Assembly: GCA_904420145.1 (NCBI GenBank)
Contig: CAJFUI010000027.1
Coordinates: 1 to 60,009, forward strand
Direction of reading: 5' to 3'
From: an uncultured Oscillospiraceae bacterium
GTDB taxonomy: Bacteria > Bacillota > Clostridia > Oscillospirales > Oscillospiraceae
Length of the DNA stretch: 60,009 nt
The position numbers were made by a program, and so were the translations under genes. Below the pieces are notes generated by a model. It did not search any database and was not told the DNA's origin. It saw only the letters and a program-made list of their open reading frames with translations. Position 1 is the stretch's first letter. Each line of letters opens with the position of its first letter. This document shows, piece after piece, positions 35,656 to 44,617 of this stretch.

Positions 35656-36395
35656 GAACCGTCATCTGCCGCCGTGAGCAGGTCTTTCAGGGCCCCCTGC
35701 TGCTGGTCAACCGCGCCCACCCCCTCCGAGACCGCACCCCTGCCCAGCTGGTGGCCGCCGACTGCCGCTACCCGGAGGTGCTCTTAGACCGGCGGGCCGC
35801 AGAGCTCCTTACCGCCTGCATCCAACGGGTGGGCGGAGTGCGGGAGATCGTCCTGGTCTCCGGCTACCGCTCTCAGGCGGAGCAACAGGCCATCTATGAC
35901 GACACCCTCGCCGCCGAGGGGGAGGCCTTTACCAGCGCATATGTGGCCCTCCCCGGCTGCAGCGAGCACCAGAGCGGCCTGGCCGTGGACCTCGGCAGGG
36001 CCGCCGAGGAGATCGACTTTATCCGCCCCGACTTCCCCGACGACGGCGTCTGCGGCGCCTTCCGCCGCATGGCGGCCCAGTACGGCTTCGTCCAGCGCTA
36101 CCGGCGGGAAAAGGAGAATCTCACCGGCATCGCGGCGGAGCCCTGGCACTTTCGCTACGTGGGGGTGCCCCACTCCCTTCTGATGGAGGCCAACGACCTC
36201 TGCATGGAGGAGTACGCCGCCTTCCTCCGGCAGGGCCGGCAGCGGTGTGCCCTGCCGGGGGGACAGACGGCGGAGGTCTTCTACGTCCCCTCCACAGGGG
36301 AGGAGATGGCCCTCACCCTCCCTGACGGCTGCTGCCAGATCTCCGGGGACAACGCCGGGGGCTTTATCGTCACCCTCTGGGGGTGTCAGCCGTGA
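35652..36395 (+). CDS. vanXY: D,D-dipeptidase/D,D-carboxypeptidase VanXY-type (M15 family)
   Basis: SGYRSQAEQQAIY, SEHQSGLAVDL and EPWHFRYVG zinc-peptidase motifs. 4-nt overlap with vanG. Confidence 0.8.
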   Translation: MRTVICRREQVFQGPLLLVNRAHPLRDRTPAQLVAADCRYPEVLLDRRAAELLTACIQRVGGVREIVLVSGYRSQAEQQAIYDDTLAAEGEAFTSAYVALPGCSEHQSGLAVDLGRAAEEIDFIRPDFPDDGVCGAFRRMAAQYGFVQRYRREKENLTGIAAEPWHFRYVGVPHSLLMEANDLCMEEYAAFLRQGRQRCALPGGQTAEVFYVPSTGEEMALTLPDGCCQISGDNAGGFIVTLWGCQP

Positions 36396-38476
36396 GCCGC
36401 CGCTGCCCCGCCCTCGACCGCTTCCGCCTTCTGTCGGCGGTACTGGTGGTCATGATCCACACCTCTCCCCTGTCCTCCTATACCGCCTTGGGGGACTTTC
36501 TCCTCACCCGGGTCCTCTCTCGGGTGGCCGTCCCCTTTTTCTTCATGGTCAGCGGCTATTTTCTCGCCAAAGACGATTACCGCTCTGCCGCCTCTTTTCT
36601 AAAAAAGACGGCCCTCCTCTACGCCGCGGCCATTCTGGTCTACCTCCCCCTCAACTGCTACGCCGGCCAGCTGTCCCTGGACTTCCTCCGCCGGGTGGTG
36701 ACAGACGGCACCTTCTACCACCTCTGGTACTTTCCCGCCCTCCTCCTTGGCGTCCCCATCGCCCGGCGGCTCTATGCCATGGACCGCCGCACCGCCCTTG
36801 CTTTAGCGGCAGCGCTCTATCTAATTGGCCTTGGGGGCGACAGCTACTACGGCCTGTTTAGCCGTCTTCCTCTGCTCAAAGCGTTTTACGAGGGCTTCTT
36901 CCACCTGTTTTCCTACACCCGAAACGGCCTCTTCTACGCGCCGCTGTTTCTTCTGCTGGGGGGCTATGCCGCACAGCTCACCGGCCGCCTCTCCCGGCGG
37001 CTGCTATCCCTTCTGCTCCCCCTCTCCCTGTCCCTTATGGCCGCAGAGGCCCTCTGCCTCCGCCGCTTCTCCCTCCAGCGCCACGACAGCATGTATCTGC
37101 TGCTGCCGCTGGTGATGGTGCTGCTGTTTTCCCTGCTGCTCCGGGTCAACGGAGGGCGGCAGAAGGCGCTGCGGGATTTGTCCCTGCTTCTCTATCTGCT
37201 CCACCCCTGGTGCATCGTCCTGGTCCGGGGGGCGGCGGAGCTAACCGGCTTAGAGGGGCTTTTTGTGGCAAACAGCCTTGGCCACTTTTTCGCCGTGCTG
37301 CTCCTGAGCAGCCTCCTCTCCCTTGTACTGCTGCGGCTGCGCCCCCTGCCCATCAGTCCCAAGGCCCGGGCCTGGCGGGAGATCGACCTTGCCGCCCTGG
37401 CGCACAACGCTGCCCTTCTCACAGAGGGTCTCGCCCCGGGACAGGAGCTGATGGCCGTGGTGAAGGCGGACGCCTACGGCCACGGCGCGGTGCAGGTTGC
37501 CCGCTGTCTCCGGAAAAAGGGCGTCCGCGCCTTCGCCGTGGCCTGCCTGTCGGAGGCTGTCGCCCTGCGGAAGGCGGGGATCCGGGGGCTGATTTTGATT
37601 CTCGGCTATACCCCGCCGGAGAACGCCCCCCTGCTGCGGCGGTGGCGGCTGACCCAGGCGGTGGCGGACCTGTCCCACGGCCGCGCCCTGGCCGCCCAGG
37701 GCTGCGGCGTCCACGTCCACCTGGCCCTGGACACCGGCATGCACCGCTTAGGCATCCCGGCGGAGGACCAGGAGGGGGTTCTCTCCCTGTTTCAGGAAAA
37801 GGGCATCGCTGTGGACGGGATGTTCTCCCATCTGTGCGTGTCGGACAGCCTCTCGGAGGGCGACGCCGCCTACACCCAGCGCCAGCTAAGGGCCTTCTAC
37901 GGCGCGGCGGAGGCCGTCCGGGCCGCCGGCTATGACCCGGGCGCCCTCCACATCCAGTCCAGCTACGGCCTTTTGAACCTGCCGCCCCAGCCCTGCCGCT
38001 ACGCCCGGGCCGGCATCCTCCTCTACGGTGTTCTCAGCGACCGCAGCCCTACCCTGTCCTGCCCGGCGGTGCGCCCTGTGCTGTCCCTGCGCTGCCGCGT
38101 GGCCTCCATCCGGACCCTCCGCGGCGGGGAGGCCGCTGGCTACGGCCTCGCCTTCCGCGCCCAGCGGGAGACGCGGCTGGCCCTCCTCACCATCGGCTAT
38201 GGGGACGGTCTCCCCCGGGAGCTGCCCCAGCGGGGCGGGCGGGTGCTGCTCCACGGCCGCAGCTGCCCCATGGTGGGCCGCATGTGCATGGATCAGCTCT
38301 TTGTGGACGTGACGGACGTGCCGGAGGCTGCCGCCGGGGATGTAGCCACCCTCATCGGCTGTGACGGGGCGGAGGCGCTCTCCGCCGTGGACCTGGCCGT
38401 ATCCTGCGGCACGCTGACCAACGAGCTCCTCTCCCAGCTCCAGAGCCGCCTGCCTCTGCTCCCCATACGCTCCTGA
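36383..38476 (+). CDS. vanT: Membrane-bound serine/alanine racemase VanT (acyltransferase-3-like TM domain + PLP racemase)
   Basis: 697 aa. The N-terminal roughly 330 aa are polytopic. The C-terminal domain has the racemase PLP motif AVVKADAYGHGA. GTG start overlaps the vanXY stop. Confidence 0.85.
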   Translation: MSAVSRRCPALDRFRLLSAVLVVMIHTSPLSSYTALGDFLLTRVLSRVAVPFFFMVSGYFLAKDDYRSAASFLKKTALLYAAAILVYLPLNCYAGQLSLDFLRRVVTDGTFYHLWYFPALLLGVPIARRLYAMDRRTALALAAALYLIGLGGDSYYGLFSRLPLLKAFYEGFFHLFSYTRNGLFYAPLFLLLGGYAAQLTGRLSRRLLSLLLPLSLSLMAAEALCLRRFSLQRHDSMYLLLPLVMVLLFSLLLRVNGGRQKALRDLSLLLYLLHPWCIVLVRGAAELTGLEGLFVANSLGHFFAVLLLSSLLSLVLLRLRPLPISPKARAWREIDLAALAHNAALLTEGLAPGQELMAVVKADAYGHGAVQVARCLRKKGVRAFAVACLSEAVALRKAGIRGLILILGYTPPENAPLLRRWRLTQAVADLSHGRALAAQGCGVHVHLALDTGMHRLGIPAEDQEGVLSLFQEKGIAVDGMFSHLCVSDSLSEGDAAYTQRQLRAFYGAAEAVRAAGYDPGALHIQSSYGLLNLPPQPCRYARAGILLYGVLSDRSPTLSCPAVRPVLSLRCRVASIRTLRGGEAAGYGLAFRAQRETRLALLTIGYGDGLPRELPQRGGRVLLHGRSCPMVGRMCMDQLFVDVTDVPEAAAGDVATLIGCDGAEALSAVDLAVSCGTLTNELLSQLQSRLPLLPIRS

Positions 38477-38575
38477 GTACAGCCCCCTCTTCCCCGCTGT
38501 CCAGAGCCCCGGAACAGATGGGGTCGGCAGCCTCCTGACGCCCCCTCTTTTTCATCGTTTCTCTGACAGACGGAG

Positions 38576-38616
38576 GAGCGCCCCCTTCCCAGCTGTGAAG
38601 GGGGCGCTCTTTTCTT
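38576..38616. terminator. Bidirectional terminator (vanT / ABC permease convergent)
   Basis: GAGCGCCCCCTTC-ccagctgt-GAAGGGGGCGCTC followed by TTTTCTT. Confidence 0.6.
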
Positions 38617-38650
38617 CCGTCGCAATCGGCGCGAAATGACAGGTATTTTT

Positions 38651-40789
38651 TTAGCCCCGCTGCCGCCGGACACGGAGCACGGCACAAACCTGACGGAGTG
38701 TGGCGCGGTAGACGGCGTAGAGCAGTAGGGAGCACAAAGCGATCACCGCCGCACAGGTACCCATGCCGGCAAACTCGCCCGGGGTAAAGCGGTTGTCGTT
38801 GAAGTACATAATCATGAGGTAGAAGGCGGAGATCGCTGCGGTACCCACGATGGCCGGGACCAGAAACACCCGGCACACCTGTCCCCGGACGGAGTGGAAC
38901 AGGTAGGCGTTGGGGGCACCGAGGCGCCGCAGGTCCTCAAATACCCGGGCGTTGGTCAGGGCGATGGTCATGCACCGGGTGAAGGAGATGACGATTACCG
39001 CCGCAAAGCAGATCAGCGCGATGAAGATGAACAGCATCAAAAACACCGCCATGGTGGTGACAAAGTCGTTCTGGTCCAGCACCCGGAACTGGGGCATGTA
39101 CAGCCAGTAGTTGCGAAACTCTGTGGAGTCCCGCTGGTCATAGTCGATGACGGCCAGTCTGTTAGCTGTTAGATACTCCTTGCTGTCGTAGTCGTAGCTG
39201 CCCTTCTCCGCGATTTCCAGCTCCCGCTCCACCATATCCCATGCGTCGAACACCTCGATCTCCGGCCCTGAGCGGTCCACAATCTCATTGAACAGCGCGT
39301 CGGCAAAGGGATAGCTGCTCTCCACATCCGAGACGTTGAAGAACACGTAGGTCTCCTGCCAGCAGTCGGTGAGCCCCGCGGTGATGGCGGCGTAGTCGGC
39401 ATCGGAGAGCACGTAGCAGCCCAGCAGCATGGTAAAGCGCAGGGGCTCCGCCGGCGTGACGGGGAGGGACTCCCGGGTGACCATGTTGGTGATGAGGGTC
39501 ACGTCGCCGCCGGAGAGGTAGTCGCTGCCCCCCTCGTCGTCCAGCACATTGGCGCAGGTGCCGTCGGCGATCTCGACGTTCTGCCCGGTGAGGGCGTTCC
39601 ACCCGCTCTCGGAGAAGAAGGTAGCGCCGCTTGCAATCTCCCGGTACTCCACGGTGTAGGTGGCGCCCATGGCCCCGTTGTCCTGCTCGACGGAGACGGT
39701 GCCGTCGGTGCCGAGGACAGCGGCCCCCTCCTGGGCCCAGAAGGTGATGTCCACGCCGTACTCCGCCGACAGCGCCTCCACCTCCTCCCGCTGCGGCCAG
39801 TTTTGATCGTTTCGATAGTGGTACTCGAAGTCCACCGGGCGGCTGTCAAAGCTGTAGGCGGAGCTGGTGGAGAGCATGGGGGCGTAGAAGCTGGCGAAGT
39901 AGGCCCCGGCGATCAGCAGGGTCATCACCAGCATGTTCCGCACGGTCTGGCGGCCCTGAAAGCGCATCTGTGACGTGGCGATGATGTCCCTATACTGCCG
40001 CCCCTTCCGCCAGCCGTTGACCACCGTGTGGAGCAGGATCATATACAGGCCGATGAGGGCCGGCAGATAGAAGATGGCGGTCACCCCAGAGGGGGCGTAC
40101 CAGTGGAGCACCCGGACGAAGAACGTGGGCATGAGATACCCCCCTACGGCGCCGATGACCACCAGCACGATGCCCACGGTGCCGTACCACCCCTTCACCT
40201 CCCGGATGGGCTCGGACTTGTGGGACTCCTGGACGATGTCGATGATGTTGGTGCGGCGGATGGAGCGGCTGCCGAGGACAAACAGCATCACCACCACATA
40301 GGCGGCGAAGGCCAGGGACAGGAGGTAGGACTGTGGATCGAAGGAGAGGACCATCTCCTGGGAGTCCACCAAAAACAGCCGGAACAGCTGCCACACCCCG
40401 TAGGCCAGCGGGCCGCCCAGCGCCGCCCCCGCGGCGCAGGAGAGGAGGGCGATCACCGTCAGCTCCTTGTTCATCTCCCGCCGCAGCTGCCCCCTCGAGG
40501 CGCCGAGGGCTAAGAAGACGCCGGTCTCCCGGGACTTCTGCCGGAAGAACAGGGCGGCGGCGTAGGTGGTGAACACGGCGCAGCCGATCACCGCCAGCAC
40601 AAAGACCATCATCACCTGCTTGCGGCTGTCGCCCCCCTCGGGGAGGACGGAGAGGATGGTGGGGGCGCGCATCATGCACACGTAGGCGGTAATCAGCAGC
40701 ACGGAGAAGAAGCTGCACAGCGCCAGGAGGGCGTACTGCCCCTTATTCTTGCGGCGCAGCGCCGCGTACACTTGGGAAAACTGTCTCAT
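38651..40789 (-). CDS. BceB-type (FtsX-domain, 10-TM) ABC permease of a peptide-antibiotic sensing/detoxification transporter
   Basis: 712 aa. Two FtsX-type TM bundles are separated by a large (roughly 220 aa) extracellular domain, the typical BceB architecture. Confidence 0.8.
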   Translation of the reverse strand: MRQFSQVYAALRRKNKGQYALLALCSFFSVLLITAYVCMMRAPTILSVLPEGGDSRKQVMMVFVLAVIGCAVFTTYAAALFFRQKSRETGVFLALGASRGQLRREMNKELTVIALLSCAAGAALGGPLAYGVWQLFRLFLVDSQEMVLSFDPQSYLLSLAFAAYVVVMLFVLGSRSIRRTNIIDIVQESHKSEPIREVKGWYGTVGIVLVVIGAVGGYLMPTFFVRVLHWYAPSGVTAIFYLPALIGLYMILLHTVVNGWRKGRQYRDIIATSQMRFQGRQTVRNMLVMTLLIAGAYFASFYAPMLSTSSAYSFDSRPVDFEYHYRNDQNWPQREEVEALSAEYGVDITFWAQEGAAVLGTDGTVSVEQDNGAMGATYTVEYREIASGATFFSESGWNALTGQNVEIADGTCANVLDDEGGSDYLSGGDVTLITNMVTRESLPVTPAEPLRFTMLLGCYVLSDADYAAITAGLTDCWQETYVFFNVSDVESSYPFADALFNEIVDRSGPEIEVFDAWDMVERELEIAEKGSYDYDSKEYLTANRLAVIDYDQRDSTEFRNYWLYMPQFRVLDQNDFVTTMAVFLMLFIFIALICFAAVIVISFTRCMTIALTNARVFEDLRRLGAPNAYLFHSVRGQVCRVFLVPAIVGTAAISAFYLMIMYFNDNRFTPGEFAGMGTCAAVIALCSLLLYAVYRATLRQVCAVLRVRRQRG

Positions 40790-40793
40790 GGTC

Positions 40794-41537
40794 TCACCCC
40801 TTGCTCATCTCGCGGATGGCGTCCAACAGCTGATCCTGAAAGGCCATGCGCTCCTGCTCCCCCCGGTCCATGGTCCGCCACACCACCCCGTCCCGGAGGA
40901 TCACCACCCGGTTGCAGAAGGAGGCGGCGAAGGAGTCGTGGGTCACCATACAGATGGTGGCGCCCAGCAGATCCCGGGCCTGCTGAAAGGAGTTGATCAC
41001 CGCCAGGGAGGACTTGGAGTCGAGGTTCCCCGTGGACTCGTCGGCTAAAATCAGCAGGGGGCGGTTGATCATGGCCCTGGCCACGGCGGTGCGCTGCTTC
41101 TCCCCGCCGGAGATCTCCGCCGGGTACTTCTCTCGGATGGCGGATATGCCGAACACCTCGCACAGCTGGTCCGCCCGCTCCTCCGTCATGGGCGAGATTG
41201 TGCCGCCGATGATGGCCGGCAGGAGGATATTCTGCCGCACAGTCAGACCGTCCAGCAGCAGAAAGTCCTGAAAGACGAAGCCCAACTTCTGGTTGCGCAC
41301 CTTCGCCAGCTCGTCCTCGTCCAGCTCTGCCAACTCGTCCTCCCCCAGGCGGATGCTGCCGGCGTCGGCGGGGATGTAGCAGGAGATGCAGTTGAGCAGG
41401 GTGGTCTTTCCCGAGCCGGAGGGGCCCATGACGGCCACAAACTCCCCGGTCTCCACGGACAGCGAGACCCCCTTGAGGACCTCGTAGGTGGTCTTGCCCA
41501 CCTGATAGGACTTGTGCAGGTCTTTCACAGTTAACAT
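40794..41537 (-). CDS. BceA-type ABC ATP-binding protein
   Basis: ORF 40794..42296 trimmed to ATG 41537 (MLTVKDLHKSYQVGKTTYEVLKGVSL...). Walker A GPSGSGKTT, signature ISGGEKQR, Walker B LILADESTG. Confidence 0.85.
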   Translation of the reverse strand: MLTVKDLHKSYQVGKTTYEVLKGVSLSVETGEFVAVMGPSGSGKTTLLNCISCYIPADAGSIRLGEDELAELDEDELAKVRNQKLGFVFQDFLLLDGLTVRQNILLPAIIGGTISPMTEERADQLCEVFGISAIREKYPAEISGGEKQRTAVARAMINRPLLILADESTGNLDSKSSLAVINSFQQARDLLGATICMVTHDSFAASFCNRVVILRDGVVWRTMDRGEQERMAFQDQLLDAIREMSKG

Positions 41538-41557
41538 AAAAACATTTCCTCTCTTTC

Positions 41558-42331
41558 TCACAGGATGTTCTGCAATAGGGCGATCGCCGCTAAATGGACA
41601 GGGTAGAAGGCGTAGAAGAACCACTTGTTGATTTTCAGCCGAGAGTTGGTCCGCAGGAAGATCAGGGGGGCGGCGAGGGCGGCGAAGATGGACCAGTCGA
41701 CGCACAGCCCGCCCACCGTCAGGCACAGCGGGTCCTCCGGCCAGCCGTTCCACAGGGCGGGCAGGTAGCTGAGGATGTACAGCGCCCCGCCGATGCCGGG
41801 GCGGTTCCGGCAGAGGTAGAAGATCAGCATCAGCTGGATGCCCGTGCCGGAGTAGTCGAAGTTCCACCAGCTCACCACGAAGAGGGCGAGGAAAAACAGC
41901 CACCACTTCCGCTCCTTCAGCCCCGCCATGGCCAGGAGGCTGAGAAACAGCGTGAAGAAGATGTTCCAGTTGGTGAGATTGGCCGCGAACTGGTCCGCCG
42001 GGTGGAAGGCCAGTATATAGAAGGGCTGGCTCACAACGGCGAAGACGCCCAGCCGCAGGAGATACCGCTTTACATCCCGGGTGTACAGCAGCCCCACGGT
42101 CATGCAGTAGCAAAACAGCGGGAAGGCCAGCCGGCCGATCCAGCGGAACGCCCCCGCCTCCGGGAAAAAGGCGCCGCCGATGTGGTCGATGAGCATGGAG
42201 ACAATGGCGATGAGCTTGAGAAGATTGGTGTCCAAATTGGTCTTTACCCGCGGCCCCTCCGCCGCTATCGCCGGCGGGGTGGTGAGAATGTGCCAAATCT
42301 TGGCGCGGGAGAGGGCAGTTTCCTTTGTCAT
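41558..42331 (-). CDS. TraX-family membrane protein
   Basis: LLKLIAIVSMLIDHIGGAFFP and RLAFPLFCYCMTVG are the conserved TraX N-terminal motifs. 257 aa, polytopic. Confidence 0.75.
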   Translation of the reverse strand: MTKETALSRAKIWHILTTPPAIAAEGPRVKTNLDTNLLKLIAIVSMLIDHIGGAFFPEAGAFRWIGRLAFPLFCYCMTVGLLYTRDVKRYLLRLGVFAVVSQPFYILAFHPADQFAANLTNWNIFFTLFLSLLAMAGLKERKWWLFFLALFVVSWWNFDYSGTGIQLMLIFYLCRNRPGIGGALYILSYLPALWNGWPEDPLCLTVGGLCVDWSIFAALAAPLIFLRTNSRLKINKWFFYAFYPVHLAAIALLQNIL

Positions 42332-42445
42332 ATGGGGTTACCTCCTTTTGTCAAGACCATGGTAACGCCGAAAAAACGCCGCCGCAAACGCTGTTGTCAT
42401 CTGCGGCGGCGGAGCTGTCAAGTTTTGCAGGGTACGGCGGTCTGC

Positions 42446-42476
42446 TGTCATAAACGGCGGCTTTTTTGTCAAGTTT
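42446..42476 (+). promoter_or_regulatory. Direct repeats TGTCATAAAC / TGTCAAGTTT, 21 bp apart (candidate LytTR boxes)
   Basis: Repeats start at 42446 and 42467, and the second ends 3 nt before the -35. A further exact TGTCAAGTTT lies at 42416 and a TGTCAAG at 42349. Confidence 0.3.
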
Positions 42477-42479
42477 GGT

Positions 42480-42508
42480 TTGGCAGATAGCCCTCCTTAT
42501 GGTAGAAT
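42480..42508 (+). promoter_or_regulatory. Promoter candidate of the LytTR two-component operon
   Basis: TTGGCA, a 17-nt spacer ending in TGG (extended -10), then TAGAAT. Confidence 0.45.
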
Positions 42509-42592
42509 GGTGCGGTGAACCTCGGGGCCACGGGGCGCCCCGCTGCCGCTTAGGGCGGCAGAGTGCTTTCCTATTATGTGAGGTGAGGAAGG

Positions 42593-43304
42593 ATGCTGCG
42601 CATTGGCATCTGCGACGACAACGCCGACGCCCGCATCGCCCTGCAGGCCGCCCTTGAGCGGGCTGTGGAGCAGCGGCGGACCCAGGCGCGCTTTTTTGCT
42701 TTTTCCTCCGGTGAGGGGCTCCTTGGCTGGCTGGAGCGCCACGCCGGGGAGCTGGACCTGGTCTTTTTGGACATGGAGATGGGGGAAATCAACGGCATGG
42801 AGACCGCCCGGCGGCTCCAAAATGGACGGAGGGCTCCAGCTGGTGTTCGTCACCGGCTACGCCGACCACGTCTTCGACGGCTACAGCGTGGGGGCCCTCG
42901 GCTATCTCCTCAAGCCGCCCAAGGCTGAACAGCTCACCGAGGTGCTGGAACGGGCCCAGGGGGCGCTGTACCGGGAGCTGGATCGGACCTACATCTGCCG
43001 CAGCGGGGACACCCACTACCGCGTCCCCGTGTCCCACATCCTGTACTTCGTCTCCGACCGGCGGCAGGTACGCTGCGTCACACCGGAGCGTACCTACACC
43101 TTCTACGGCAAGTTGGATACGGTGGCCGCGGAACTGGGGGAGGACTTTGTCCGCATCCACCAGCGCTACCTGGTCCGCGCCGGCGCCGTGGACCGCTTGG
43201 AGGGGGGCGAGGCGGTGCTGATCAACGGGGAGCGTCTCAGCGTCAGCCGGTCCTGCCAGTCTGCGGCCCTGCTGGCCCTGACGAGGGCGGAATTGGGGGA
43301 GTGA
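42593..43304 (+). pseudogene. LytTR-family response regulator interrupted by a 1-nt frameshift in an A4 run (42819-42822)
   Basis: The receiver N-terminus (MLRIGICDDNADARIALQ...DLVFLDMEMGEINGMETARRLQ) is in the frame of ORF 42593..42928. The rest (MDGGLQLVFVTGYADHVFDGYSVGALGYLLKP... plus LytTR domain) is in the frame of ORF 42603..43304. Deleting one A restores one 236-aa protein. Confidence 0.75.
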
Positions 43305-43306
43305 GG

Positions 43307-44617
43307 ATGGGACATCTACTTTGGCAGTTCCTTCTCTATGGGAGCTATTTTCTGTCCTTGGCCGCCAACGGCTTTTTTCTCTTCCGGCTGTGCGCTCCCT
43401 TTGTCCGCACCCGGCGGGGGCGGGTGGGAAAGGCAGTGCTCTTCCTGCTCCTCATGGGCACCAGTGGTATGGTCATCTGGGTGGGGGACCCCAACATGCT
43501 CTACACCCTGCCGGTGTTTTTTACCCTGTTCCTCCTTTGCACCCAAGGGGACTATGTGGGGCGGCTGGCGGTGTGCGTCATCTCCTTCTGCCTCATCATG
43601 TCCGCCTGCGCCTTTTTGGACACCTATATCCAGCGGATTGACCACTACGCGATCTACGACGTGCTGACCCGGCTGGCCCGCCCCGCGGTCTTCGGCGCCG
43701 CCTATCTGCTGCTGCGCCGCCGCCTGCCTAGGGAGGAGGTGCAGCTGTCCCGGCAGCTGTGGAAGCTGGTGCTGGGGCTTTCGGCCATGCCGCTGTGCGC
43801 CCTGATCGCCGTGGTGCTGCTGACCTATGAGCACCACAGCTCCGCCCTTGTGGACGCCTTGGCAAAAAATCAGGGGCTGGTGGTGCTGCCCTTCGCCTTC
43901 CTCACCTCTCTTGCGCTGCTGTTCGCCATGACCATTCTCGCCGGCCACCAGCGCTTAGAGGAGGCCAGCCGGCTGACTGGCCTGCGGGAGGTCTACTATC
44001 AGAACCTACAGCAGCAGGAGAGGCAGGTGCGCACCCTGCGCCACGACCTGCGCAACCACCTGACGGTGGTCCGCGGCCTATTGGAGGGTGGGGACGCCCA
44101 AGGGGCGCTGGGCTATCTGGACCAGATAGCCGGTTCCCCAGCCCTCCGGGGAACCATGCGGCTGTGTGAAAACGAGACGGCCAATGTGGTCCTCGCCGCC
44201 AAGGCGGAGGAGATGGCCCGGGAGGGACTGACAGGGGACTTTGCCGTCTCCCTGCCAAAGGAGCTGCCTGTGGCGGACACGGACTTGTGCGCCCTCCTTG
44301 GCAATGCCCTGGACAACGCCATGGAGGCAGCGCGGCAGAGCGCCGACAAACGTATCATCGTCCGCTGCCGGGCGGAAAAGGAGCTGTTTATGCTCCGCTT
44401 AGAGAACGCGGTGGGGCAGGCGGTCCGCCCCGACCTCTCCACCACCAAGGCGGATAAATCCGCCCACGGCTTCGGCCTCGCCGGCATGCGGGAGATCGCC
44501 GAGCGCTGCGGCGGCACCATGGAGGCACGGGTACAGGCCGGTCGCTTTGAGCTGGTGGTCTGCTTCCCCCTGTCAAGGAAAGGAGAGAACGAACATGCAG
44601 CATCTGCTGATCATTGA
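43307..44617 (+). CDS. AgrC/HPK10-type sensor histidine kinase (6 TM + GHKL ATPase)
   Basis: H-box TLRHDLRNHLTVV, N-box LLGNALDNAMEAA and G-box HGFGLAGMREIAERCGG. ATG 43307 (or GTG 43301) abuts the regulator stop. Confidence 0.75.
   Translation: MGHLLWQFLLYGSYFLSLAANGFFLFRLCAPFVRTRRGRVGKAVLFLLLMGTSGMVIWVGDPNMLYTLPVFFTLFLLCTQGDYVGRLAVCVISFCLIMSACAFLDTYIQRIDHYAIYDVLTRLARPAVFGAAYLLLRRRLPREEVQLSRQLWKLVLGLSAMPLCALIAVVLLTYEHHSSALVDALAKNQGLVVLPFAFLTSLALLFAMTILAGHQRLEEASRLTGLREVYYQNLQQQERQVRTLRHDLRNHLTVVRGLLEGGDAQGALGYLDQIAGSPALRGTMRLCENETANVVLAAKAEEMAREGLTGDFAVSLPKELPVADTDLCALLGNALDNAMEAARQSADKRIIVRCRAEKELFMLRLENAVGQAVRPDLSTTKADKSAHGFGLAGMREIAERCGGTMEARVQAGRFELVVCFPLSRKGENEHAASADH

Noticed and set aside
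40794-42296. 500-aa ORF that would fuse a long N-terminal extension to the BceA-like ATPase.
   Set aside because: The extension overlaps the TraX gene in another frame and is Pro/Arg/Gly-rich. A normal ABC ATPase begins at ATG 41537 (MLTVKDLHKSY...).
42359-42490. 43-codon Cys/Arg-rich ORF (MVTPKKRRRKRCCHLRRRSCQVLQGTAVCCHKRRLFCQVWFGR) in the TraX/LytTR intergenic region; considered as a possible signalling or antimicrobial peptide for the LytTR system.
   Set aside because: There is no SD on the plus strand, because the adjacent purine-rich tract is the reverse complement of the TraX SD. The composition is typical of GC-rich non-coding frames. The repeated CQV tripeptides simply reflect the TGTCAAG DNA repeats, which are better explained as regulator boxes.
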